Below are positions 48,985 through 57,243 of a stretch of 64,000 nucleotides of DNA, piece by piece. The notes beneath the pieces are model-generated. The model was not told the origin of the DNA. It worked only from the letters and a program-made list of their open reading frames with translations, and did no database searches. How positions within the stretch are numbered: position 1 is the first letter of the stretch; each line of letters opens with the position of its first letter. Position numbers and translations under genes: made by a program. This stretch comes from Dyadobacter sp. (GTDB taxonomy: Bacteria > Bacteroidota > Bacteroidia > Cytophagales > Spirosomataceae), in contig NZ_JAGIAS010000004.1 in assembly GCF_017744695.1 (NCBI RefSeq), positions 143,303 to 207,302 on the forward strand, given 5' to 3'.

Positions 48985-49821
48985 TTATCCGCCGATCGCT
49001 ACGCGTTTGAAGGTAGTAACAGTCAAACCTTTTGAAGTTTTCTCAAGCAGCTGACGGATAGTCAGTGAAGAATCTTTCACGAACTCCTGGTTCAACAGGG
49101 TGCTGTCTTTGTAGAACTTCTGCAATTTACCCTGAGCGATTTTCTCAAGCATTGCCTCAGGCTTGCCTTCTGCACGTGCCTGCTCTTTACCCACTTCGAT
49201 TTCGCGCTCGATAGTAGCAGCGTCGATACCGTCTTTATCCAGAGCTACTGGCTTCATCGCTGCAATTTGCATCGCTACGTCTTTACCCAGTTCAGAAACA
49301 TCCGTTCCGTTAACGCCGGCGAATGCTACCAACACACCCAGTTTACCGTTTGAGTGGATGTAAGGAACCACTTTATCCGCTGAAACGCTTTCGTAAGCAG
49401 TGATTTCCAGTTTCTCTCCCAACTTACCTGTCAGTTCCACCATGTGCTCTGACACAGGACGACCGTCAGCCAAAGTTGCAGCCAAAAGGGCATCTTTGTC
49501 AGCGATGTTATCCGCTACTGCTTTGTCAAGGATAGATTGTGCAAGGTTTTTGAAATCTTCCACGTTCGATACAGGCTCAGTTTCGCAAGCCAACGCAACG
49601 AGTTTACCATTGGTGCCGTCAGCGCTGATGTTGATCAGAACAGTTCCTTCTGATACAGCATTGTCAGCACGTTTTGCAGCTACTTTCTGTCCTTGTTTAC
49701 GGAGAATATCAACGGCCTTGTCGAAATCGCCATCTGCTTCCTGCAGGGCTTTTTTACAATCCATCATGCCCGCGCCGGTCATTTGGCGGAGTTTGTTTAC
49801 ATCTTGTGCGGTAATTGCCAT
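48985..49821 (-). CDS. tsf: Elongation factor Ts
   Basis: KLRQMTGAGMMDCKKALQE, CETEPV, MQIAAM, LLNQEFVKD. Confidence 0.98.
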   Translation of the reverse strand: MAITAQDVNKLRQMTGAGMMDCKKALQEADGDFDKAVDILRKQGQKVAAKRADNAVSEGTVLINISADGTNGKLVALACETEPVSNVEDFKNLAQSILDKAVADNIADKDALLAATLADGRPVSEHMVELTGKLGEKLEITAYESVSADKVVPYIHSNGKLGVLVAFAGVNGTDVSELGKDVAMQIAAMKPVALDKDGIDAATIEREIEVGKEQARAEGKPEAMLEKIAQGKLQKFYKDSTLLNQEFVKDSSLTIRQLLEKTSKGLTVTTFKRVAIGG

Positions 49822-49915
49822 GATCGTGATAAATATTATGTATTAATGTTTTGTAGTGAAAGGGCCGTTAACCGGGGATGATCAAATGGTTAAGGAATCC
49901 CTTCGCAAGAATTTT

Positions 49916-49952
49916 AAAAAAACGTAGCCCATAGCAAGAGGCTATGGGCTAC
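49916..49952 (-). terminator. Terminator/attenuator between rpsB and tsf
   Basis: GTAGCCCATAGC / GCTATGGGCTAC plus U-tract. Confidence 0.75.
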
Positions 49953-50004
49953 CGTATATGTCAAGTATGGCGAGTTATTTAAAAACTACACCATATTGCC
50001 CTTT

Positions 50005-50823
50005 TTACTCTTCGTCGGATTCAGCAACTTCTGCTTCTGCCGCAACTTCGGCGCGAGGGGCTGCCTCTTCACCTTTGTCAGCTGCGCGTTTTGCTTCTTC
50101 TTCCTCTACCAGGCGCTGATCGTCTTTATCTTGTTTGCGTTCCATCAAACCTTCTTCGATAGCCTTACCGATCGCCAGGGTGATCAACGAGATTGCTTTG
50201 TAAGCATCGTCGTTAGATGGGATAGGGAAGTCAACCAATTCAGGGTTTGAGTTGGTATCGCAGATCGCAAAAATAGGGATGTTCAATCTTTTTGCTTCTG
50301 CAACCGCAATGTGCTCGCGTTTTACATCAACGATGAAAAGTGCCGCTGGAAGGCGAGTAAGGTCCGCTACACCACCTAGTACTCTTTCCAGTTTCTCCTT
50401 TTCACGTGTAAGCATCAGGCGTTCTCTTTTCGCAATATTGCTAACCGTGGCTTCGTCTTTCAGCATCTTCTCGAGAGTCTGCATTTTTTTCAAAGACTTG
50501 CGAATTGTGCCAAAGTTTGTCAGCATACCACCCAACCAACGATCAGTCACGTAAGGCATTTTAAGGCGTTTCGCCTCTTCCGTTACGATTTCCTGCGCTT
50601 GTTTTTTAGTAGCAACAAACATGATCTTACGTCCTGAACGAACGATCTGTTTCAGCGCAGCTTCCGCTTCGCCAAGGCAGCTCAAAGTTTTGTTCAGGTC
50701 AATGATGTGGATCCCGTTCTTCTCCATGAAGATATACGGAGCCATCCGTGGATCCCACTTGCGGGTAAGGTGACCAAAGTGGACACCTGCATCCAATAGT
50801 TCTTTATATTCTATTTGTGCCAT
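50005..50823 (-). CDS. rpsB: 30S ribosomal protein S2
   Basis: LLDAGVHFGH, RWLGGMLTNF, DTNSNP...PIPSNDD. Confidence 0.98.
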   Translation of the reverse strand: MAQIEYKELLDAGVHFGHLTRKWDPRMAPYIFMEKNGIHIIDLNKTLSCLGEAEAALKQIVRSGRKIMFVATKKQAQEIVTEEAKRLKMPYVTDRWLGGMLTNFGTIRKSLKKMQTLEKMLKDEATVSNIAKRERLMLTREKEKLERVLGGVADLTRLPAALFIVDVKREHIAVAEAKRLNIPIFAICDTNSNPELVDFPIPSNDDAYKAISLITLAIGKAIEEGLMERKQDKDDQRLVEEEEAKRAADKGEEAAPRAEVAAEAEVAESDEE

Positions 50824-50900
50824 TGCCAAATTTGATTTAAAATATTTTTAGACTTGTTACGCAGCACGAAGCATCGGGCACGATAAGCGACGTCTGGACT

Positions 50901-51000
50901 TGTGGAGTTCAAAGTTTATGAGTAAATGAGTTGAAAGTGATAAAATAAACACTGAACTCATGGACTCTAAACTCATGCACCGCGCGGCGGACCGCTCATT
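50901..51000. repeat. Inverted array of degenerate 7-8-bp repeats (GAGT arm / ACTC arm) between rpsI and rpsB
   Basis: RAGT cores at 50905, 50912, 50920, 50928, 50935; ACTC cores at 50956, 50964, 50971, and 50979 (split). Confidence 0.8.
50981..50995. repeat. 15-bp GC-rich micro-insertion, copy 3
   Basis: CGCGCGGCGGACCGC, the exact reverse complement of 34356-34370; splits GCAC|TCATT. Confidence 0.8.
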
Positions 51001-51385
51001 AACGTTTCGAGAACTGGAATCTTCTGCGTGCCTTAGCGCGTCCGTATTTCTTACGCTCAACCATACGTGGGTCACGGGTAAGGAATCCTTCTTTTTTCAA
51101 TGCGCCGCGGAATTCGCCGTTGTATTGAACCAGTGCACGTGAAACCGCCATACGGATAGCTTCCGCCTGGCCTGAGATTCCACCACCTCTTACGTTTACT
51201 TTGATATCGTAACCATTTCCACCTGAGATTGTTGCAAACGGTTGTTGCAATACGATCTGGTGTACTTCAAATGGGAAATATTCTTTGTAATCACGACCGT
51301 TAACTTTGATATCGCCTTTACCAGGTGTAAGGTAAATACGAGCAACGGCTGTTTTTCTTCTACCTATTGTGTTGATCACTTCCAT
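50999..51385 (-). CDS. rpsI: 30S ribosomal protein S9
   Basis: GRRKTAVAR, GGGISGQAEAIR, RKKYGRAKARRRFQFSKR. Confidence 0.99.
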   Translation of the reverse strand: MEVINTIGRRKTAVARIYLTPGKGDIKVNGRDYKEYFPFEVHQIVLQQPFATISGGNGYDIKVNVRGGGISGQAEAIRMAVSRALVQYNGEFRGALKKEGFLTRDPRMVERKKYGRAKARRRFQFSKR

Positions 51386-51388
51386 GAA

Positions 51389-51832
51389 TTACAATTGGAT
51401 TTGCTTTGGTTGCTGTGCGCTGTGCGGGTGTTCTGCGGCAGCGTAAACAAACAGGTTTGTAAATAAACGACGTCCCAAACGGTTCTTTGGAAGCATGCCT
51501 TTCACGGCTTTCTCGATCACACGCTCAGGGTGTTTTTCGAGCAACTCGCGAGGAGTCTGAAAACGTTGACCTCCCGGGTAACCTGTGTGGCGAACATAAA
51601 CTTTGTCCGTCATTTTCTTACCTGTCAACTTGATCTTATCGGCGTTGATAACGATAACGTTATCACCACAATCCACATGAGGAGTGTAGCTTGCTTTGTG
51701 TTTGCCTCTGATAATTTTAGCAACTTCGCTGGCCAAACGACCAAGAACTGCATTTTCAGCATCCACAACAATCCACTCCTTGTTTACTGTGTTTTTGTTC
51801 GCCGAGATGGTTTTGTAGCTTAACGTATCCAC
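51389..51832 (-). CDS. rplM: 50S ribosomal protein L13
   Basis: GTG start (MDTLSYKT), [27 protein letters not shown]; TATATTTG at 51912-51905. Confidence 0.98.
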   Translation of the reverse strand: MDTLSYKTISANKNTVNKEWIVVDAENAVLGRLASEVAKIIRGKHKASYTPHVDCGDNVIVINADKIKLTGKKMTDKVYVRHTGYPGGQRFQTPRELLEKHPERVIEKAVKGMLPKNRLGRRLFTNLFVYAAAEHPHSAQQPKQIQL

Positions 51833-51957
51833 GATTAACAAAAAATTAAATTGATTTTCAATAATTTACACTGTAACAAGACAGTCCATCGCAAAATGGG
51901 AGTGCAAATATAGAGTTTAACAAATTGAATTACAAGTATGTTTGTGAAATTCATTTG

Positions 51958-52659
51958 TCAATTCCCTAATGCAAAGGCTAATGCGACGTACGGAAGACCG
52001 TAAATTTTGGACACATGTCGCTGGCTGTTATCAAGGTAAACATTGAAATCATCACTTTTTTTGGTCGTGTAAGTAAGCCTGGTGTAAGTGTAGCCGAGCT
52101 TGACACCGATCTGCCGGCTTACCTTGAAACGCACAAATGCTTCCGACTGCCCGGTGTTCCTGCGCAGGGCGAGCGGCAACGCATTGAATACCGTCGGCTT
52201 ACTGGCTAACCATTGGTTGTAATTGGGCATGCCCGTACCGTTTGTGGGAACGGTTTTCTCATAATACCCGTGCCTTTTCGAGCCATAGGTCAGCCCGAGT
52301 AAATCGGTATTCACACCCATATCGAGTTTCCAGAAGCTCACATTCACGCCTGCGAGGAAGCTCAGGCCGTTGACGGACACATCCCGGTATTCCAGATAGT
52401 CCTTGATGCCCGCAATGCGTTCGGTATACAGATTTGCCCTACCTCCATAGAGCCCCCACACCCTGAACCCGATGCCAAACCGCAGCCAGGGAAGCTTTTG
52501 CGAACCTATTTCCTCGTGATACATAATAGAAGGTGCCCAGGAGTCGCGCCCCAGGCTGGCACCTACATCCACACCGCCAGCGATAGGGGTAGTATATTGT
52601 GCGTGTGTAAGAGTGGCATTCAGTAATAAAATGGCCAATAGTCCTTTTAAAATTTTCAT
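51958..52659 (-). CDS. Hypothetical secreted/outer-membrane protein
   Basis: Signal peptide (AQ cleavage), alternating strands, aromatic C-terminal strand; no family recognised. Confidence 0.6.
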   Translation of the reverse strand: MKILKGLLAILLLNATLTHAQYTTPIAGGVDVGASLGRDSWAPSIMYHEEIGSQKLPWLRFGIGFRVWGLYGGRANLYTERIAGIKDYLEYRDVSVNGLSFLAGVNVSFWKLDMGVNTDLLGLTYGSKRHGYYEKTVPTNGTGMPNYNQWLASKPTVFNALPLALRRNTGQSEAFVRFKVSRQIGVKLGYTYTRLTYTTKKSDDFNVYLDNSQRHVSKIYGLPYVALAFALGN

Positions 52660-52677
52660 GAATGAACCCATAGTTAG

Positions 52678-53430
52678 ATGATGAATTCTACAATAATAAC
52701 CTATCCCCGAAAGAAATCACGGGTTATCCGTTTGCAAGCGGTTATATTGCTACTTTGTGGGTTATCCGGGAGCAATTTGTATGCACAAAGCAACGATCAT
52801 CTGGGATTTGTACCGCTTTTCAACGGCAAAAACCTGAACGGGTGGGTCGATGTGAACACCTCCAAAGAAACCTGGAAAGTCAAAAACAGCACATTAATAT
52901 GCTCCGGCAAACCGATTGGCGTGATGCGCTCCGACCGGCAATACGAAAACTTCATCCTCGAAGTAGAATGGAAGCACATGGAAGCCGGTGGTAACTCGGG
53001 GATATTCATATGGAGCGAGGGCACCCCGCAGGAGCACGACCCGCTCACAAAAGCCATTGAAGTACAAATGCTCGAACTCGAATATGCCCCGCAACATAAT
53101 GCTACCGAAGACTACGTGCACGGCGAGCTCTTCCCCACTATGGGCATGACCGCCATCCCCGACAACCCCCGTGGTATCCGTAGCAAATCCCTCGAAAAAC
53201 GCTGCAAGGGCAAAGGCGAATGGAACAAATATGTGGTCGTGGCGGTCGATGGTACGGTAAAACTTTCAGTGAACGGCAAGTTCGTGAACGGCCTCCGTGC
53301 CTCCGAGCGCAAGAAGGGCTACATCTGCCTCGAAGCCGAAGGCGCCGAAATCCATTTCCGGAACATGCGCATCATGGAGCTGCCGGGAGGGATTACCACG
53401 CCGGAGCAGGTGGCGCCGGTGGTTCATTGA
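52678..53430 (+). CDS. DUF1080 (3-keto-disaccharide hydrolase-like) protein
   Basis: [43 protein letters not shown]. Confidence 0.88.
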   Translation: MMNSTIITYPRKKSRVIRLQAVILLLCGLSGSNLYAQSNDHLGFVPLFNGKNLNGWVDVNTSKETWKVKNSTLICSGKPIGVMRSDRQYENFILEVEWKHMEAGGNSGIFIWSEGTPQEHDPLTKAIEVQMLELEYAPQHNATEDYVHGELFPTMGMTAIPDNPRGIRSKSLEKRCKGKGEWNKYVVVAVDGTVKLSVNGKFVNGLRASERKKGYICLEAEGAEIHFRNMRIMELPGGITTPEQVAPVVH

Positions 53431-53494
53431 CGGTATTTGAATGGGTATGCGCAGGCAAAATATTATATTAGCATAATAACCAACTGAAAATGCC

Positions 53495-53737
53495 ATGCAA
53501 CAAACATTTCAGGTAAACGCATCGGATCTTGATAACCGTTTTATAAAATCGGTTCAGGACATTTTTGGCGACAGAAAATTAAAGATCGTAGTGGAAGATA
53601 TTGCGGAGAGCAATGAACACAAAGACGCGCTCTTGGACAGCTTATTCGGCAGTTGGGAAAGTGAGGAAACTGGGGAAGAATTGGTAAAAATGATATATTC
53701 AAATCGAAATGATTCACCAAGGGACATTGAACTATGA
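53495..53737 (+). CDS. Putative antitoxin (VapB-type)
   Basis: 80-aa acidic protein ending ...LFGSWES...SNRNDSPRDIEL; ATGA overlap with a PIN-toxin remnant. Confidence 0.6.
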   Translation: MQQTFQVNASDLDNRFIKSVQDIFGDRKLKIVVEDIAESNEHKDALLDSLFGSWESEETGEELVKMIYSNRNDSPRDIEL

Positions 53738-53863
53738 GTCAATATCTACTGGATATCAATATTTGCATACGCATTGAGATATGATCTTACCTTAGTGACC
53801 CGAAACACAAAAGATTTTACACATCTGGCTGGTATTCAGCTGGAAAATTGGATAGATCATTGA
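53734..53863 (+). pseudogene. Internally deleted, frameshifted VapC (PIN) toxin
   Basis: Frame 1 MSQYLLDINICI (stop at 53782); another frame YALRYDLTLVTRNTKDFTHLAGIQLENWIDH*; both match VapC termini. Confidence 0.8.
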
Positions 53864-54663
53864 AAATCTCCTTCATTGGCGCTGGTAACGTCGCCTGGCA
53901 CTTGGCGCAGGCGTTCGAGGACGCAGGACACTGGATTTGCGAGGTGTACAGCCGCGACACGCAGAAAGCGCGTCAGCTGGCTTCGTCGTTGTATGATACC
54001 AATATCCAGCCCGACCTCAATTTCTCGGATAGCGAAGCCGAGGTGATCGTGATCGCGGTGACCGACGACGCGATCGAAAGCGTGATCCAGCGCGTGGTAC
54101 TCCCCGAGGGCGTCATACTCGTGCATACGTCGGGTACGCGCTCGCTCGCTGAATTCCAGAAACTTGTGGAGATTTATAGCGACGTATATGTCCACACGGG
54201 TGTGTTCTATCCTTTACAGACTTTCACCAGGGACGTCGAAATGGATTACAGTGAATTGCCGTTCTGTATTGAATCCCGGAACGAACTTATTGAAGGCAAA
54301 CTCATGCAGCTGGCATCGAGCGTGAGCAATAATGTAACCCGAATGGATTCCGACGAACGCTTCATTCTGCATGTTGCAGCCGTTTTTGCGAGCAACTTTA
54401 CCAACTATATGCTCACGATCTCCCATGATCTCCTCGAACGGGAACAGCTCAACTTCGACCTGCTGAAACCGCTCATCCAGACAACCATTTATAAAGCCAT
54501 GGCATCCGACGATCCTTCGATCGGCCAGACCGGCCCGGCCCGACGCGGCGACTGGAAAACCACGGCCCGCCACCTTGAATATTTGCAGGAAACCAATGAG
54601 GACTACACCGAAATATACCGCCTGCTCACCGACAAGATCCGGAACCTCTACATTTCAAAATAA
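53860..54663 (+). CDS. Rossmann-like + DUF2520 domain protein
   Basis: KISFIGAGNVAWHLA, HTSG, GVFYPLQTF, HVAAVFASNF, QTGPARRGD; TTG start overlapping the vapC stop. Confidence 0.88.
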   Translation: MKISFIGAGNVAWHLAQAFEDAGHWICEVYSRDTQKARQLASSLYDTNIQPDLNFSDSEAEVIVIAVTDDAIESVIQRVVLPEGVILVHTSGTRSLAEFQKLVEIYSDVYVHTGVFYPLQTFTRDVEMDYSELPFCIESRNELIEGKLMQLASSVSNNVTRMDSDERFILHVAAVFASNFTNYMLTISHDLLEREQLNFDLLKPLIQTTIYKAMASDDPSIGQTGPARRGDWKTTARHLEYLQETNEDYTEIYRLLTDKIRNLYISK

Positions 54664-54727
54664 TAAGTAGCCGCACCGTCACGAAAAAAGTTAGGCTATA
54701 TTTGCAGGATTCACAATTCTGCTATTC

Positions 54728-55249
54728 ATGAATTCGACTTTAACGGAACGTTTCAAGCGCATTACTACCTTCATTTTTGATATCGACGGCGTCATGACCG
54801 ACGGCAGTGTCATCGCACTCGAAACCGGCGAGCAACCCCGCATTTTCAATGTGCGCGACGGGTACGGCATTAACCGGGCGATCAGAATGGGTTACCGTGT
54901 GGCAATTATCTCCGCGCAAAGCCAGGTAGGCGTACGCAAACGGCTCGAATATCTCGGTGTTACCGATATCTTCATCGGCACTTCACCGGATGGCAAACTG
55001 CCTGTTTTCAAGAAGTACCTTGCAGAAACCGGCCTCACCGAAGATGAAATCGTATTTATGGGCGACGACCTGCCCGACTACGAAGTCATGCGCACGAGCG
55101 TGATGGGCGCATGCCCGGCCGATTCTGCCGACGAAATCCTCGCTATCGCTGATTATGTTTCCCCAAAAAACGGCGGCCGCGGTGCCGTTCGCGACCTGAT
55201 CGAACAGGTAATGAAAGTACAGGGAAAATGGATGGCCTGGTTTGAATAA
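54728..55249 (+). CDS. kdsC: KDO 8-phosphate phosphatase (HAD, YrbI/KdsC family)
   Basis: FDIDGVMTDG, FNVRDGYGI, MGDDLPD, GGRGAVRDLIE; TATATTTG at 54697-54704. Confidence 0.9.
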   Translation: MNSTLTERFKRITTFIFDIDGVMTDGSVIALETGEQPRIFNVRDGYGINRAIRMGYRVAIISAQSQVGVRKRLEYLGVTDIFIGTSPDGKLPVFKKYLAETGLTEDEIVFMGDDLPDYEVMRTSVMGACPADSADEILAIADYVSPKNGGRGAVRDLIEQVMKVQGKWMAWFE

Positions 55250-55254
55250 AGAGC

Positions 55255-56379
55255 TTGGTGGTGGATAAGAAAAAGCGCTATTTCCCAAATCTGAACGGTA
55301 TCCGTGCCATTGCGGCATCGCTGGTGGTATTTCACCACCTCGAACAGGCCAAGCATGCATTGGGCATTGCCAACGTGTATGATATGCCCATTATCCAGCA
55401 TGCGGGCCGGCTCGGCGTAGGGTTATTCTTCGTCCTCAGCGGATTTCTGATTACTTATTTGCTGCTGGAAGAACGCGGACGGTTCGGGAATGTCGACGCT
55501 AAAAAATTCTATCTGCGCCGCGTGTTCCGCATTTGGCCCATTTACTTTCTCATCATAGGGTTATCATTCTTCGTTTTTCCCCACATTCCGATATTCGATT
55601 ACCCGGGCATTGAAGAAAAGCTGACCGTAAACCTGCCCGAGCGCCTCACGTTGCTGCTTTTGGTACTGCCTAACTTTGCATTTGTCCTCTATGACCTACC
55701 ATACTGGTGCGCGCAAACCTGGTCGATCGGCGTAGAAGAGCAGTTTTACTATCTCTGGCCATGGTTAATCAAATATCCCAAAAAGCGCATTCCCATTCTG
55801 GTATTCTTCCTTTTATTAACAGCCGGCCTGCTCTACCTGGGGCTTGAAATGGCTGATCCGTCGGAAGAGACCCGGAAATCGATGATCACGACATTCCTCG
55901 GCCAGTTCCGCATTCAGACGATGGCTTTGGGCGGCCTGTGCGCATGGCTCGTTTACAATGATAAAATGAAGTTCCTCGACTTCATTTTCCGGAAAGACGT
56001 GCAGATCATCGCCTATGTGCTGTTACTTGCACTATTTTTCTCAGGCGTACATTTCTTCGGATTCCTGGAAATATATGCGCTGTTCTTCGCATTCTTCGTA
56101 CTGAATGTCTCGTGCAACCCGAAAACGATTGTGCATTTGGGACATCCGGTGATGGATCATCTGGGCAAAATCTCTTACGGGCTTTACATTTACCACGTAG
56201 CCGTGATTGTCGTGATCATCAACCTTTTCGAAATGTACGCGCCGGGTTGGCGGGATGGAAGCTATCAGGCGGTTCTATATGTACTCAGCTTCGTCGGCTC
56301 GGTGGCAGTGGCTACGTTTTCTTTCAATTATATTGAAAAACCACTCCTCGCATACAAGGACCGGAAGTTCGGCCGCTAG
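55255..56379 (+). CDS. Acyltransferase-3 family membrane O-acyltransferase
   Basis: LNGIRAIAASLVVFHH, GVGLFFVLSGFLIT, FYLRRVFRIWP, WSIGVEEQFY. Confidence 0.92.
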   Translation: MVVDKKKRYFPNLNGIRAIAASLVVFHHLEQAKHALGIANVYDMPIIQHAGRLGVGLFFVLSGFLITYLLLEERGRFGNVDAKKFYLRRVFRIWPIYFLIIGLSFFVFPHIPIFDYPGIEEKLTVNLPERLTLLLLVLPNFAFVLYDLPYWCAQTWSIGVEEQFYYLWPWLIKYPKKRIPILVFFLLLTAGLLYLGLEMADPSEETRKSMITTFLGQFRIQTMALGGLCAWLVYNDKMKFLDFIFRKDVQIIAYVLLLALFFSGVHFFGFLEIYALFFAFFVLNVSCNPKTIVHLGHPVMDHLGKISYGLYIYHVAVIVVIINLFEMYAPGWRDGSYQAVLYVLSFVGSVAVATFSFNYIEKPLLAYKDRKFGR

Positions 56380-57207
56380 CTATTGGAACTTCGGCAGTTC
56401 GGACATCGTATAGAATTTCAGTTTCTCCTTATCAGCCTCGCGTAAAATCGCGGCCAGGAAACTCACATTAAAGCCATACTTCCCATTCTGAGGCGCGCTG
56501 TACAACGGCTCGTGCCCGAAAATCATCAATGCGGTACCATTTTCTTTCGCTTCCAGGATGGCCTCCGCCACCTCTTCCTCCGTTACCTCGTCATAATCGA
56601 CCATCAGCGCATCCACTTTTTGCGCACCGTCGAATGCATAATAAATCGAATTCATCCAGCGCGGCGGCCAGGCGTAGAGCTGAAAACCTTTGTATTTCCT
56701 TCTTGAAATGGCCACGTCCCTTAAAATTGTAAAACCTTTCGCCAAAAGGACTGAATCGACGCGATCGTTATGATTCCCGCCCGGGTGGGCGTAGGAAGTG
56801 GGCTTGAAACCTGCCGCGTTCATATGCCGCAGGCCTGGTCCAAGCTCGGTTTCTATATATCCTTTCGGGCCGCCGGCGGCCATCAGTTCGGTAGATTTGG
56901 CGTGAACAGTGCCGTGGAAACCTATTTCATGCCCTTCTTTTTCAAGCTGTTTCAGCATCGATACTTCTTCCGCATTCAGGCTGTCCGGGCAGGTAATGAA
57001 GAAGGTCGCTTTCGCATTGTATTTCTGGAATAATGGCCTCAGTTCATACCATTCTTTGATAAAATGATCATCGAACGAAATAGCGATACCGCCTGCATTG
57101 GGTTTACCGGACGGGCTTCCACAGCCCGCAAAAGCGACCGCCATCACTGCTACGAGTAGCGAGAAGAATCCGTTTAATGCCTTCAAGGCGGTTTTAATGT
57201 ATTTCAA
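56380..57207 (-). CDS. Polysaccharide deacetylase (NodB-like) lipoprotein
   Basis: Lipobox FAG-C; ISFDD, HEIGFHGTVH, YAHPGG. Confidence 0.85.
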   Translation of the reverse strand: MKYIKTALKALNGFFSLLVAVMAVAFAGCGSPSGKPNAGGIAISFDDHFIKEWYELRPLFQKYNAKATFFITCPDSLNAEEVSMLKQLEKEGHEIGFHGTVHAKSTELMAAGGPKGYIETELGPGLRHMNAAGFKPTSYAHPGGNHNDRVDSVLLAKGFTILRDVAISRRKYKGFQLYAWPPRWMNSIYYAFDGAQKVDALMVDYDEVTEEEVAEAILEAKENGTALMIFGHEPLYSAPQNGKYGFNVSFLAAILREADKEKLKFYTMSELPKFQ

Positions 57208-57243
57208 AACTGATCTGTTATTTTCGCTAAATTAACGACACGG

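Noticed and set aside
50857-51142. Short ORFs spanning the rpsI-rpsB spacer
   Set aside because: They overlap rpsI and translate the repeat array; no supporting features.
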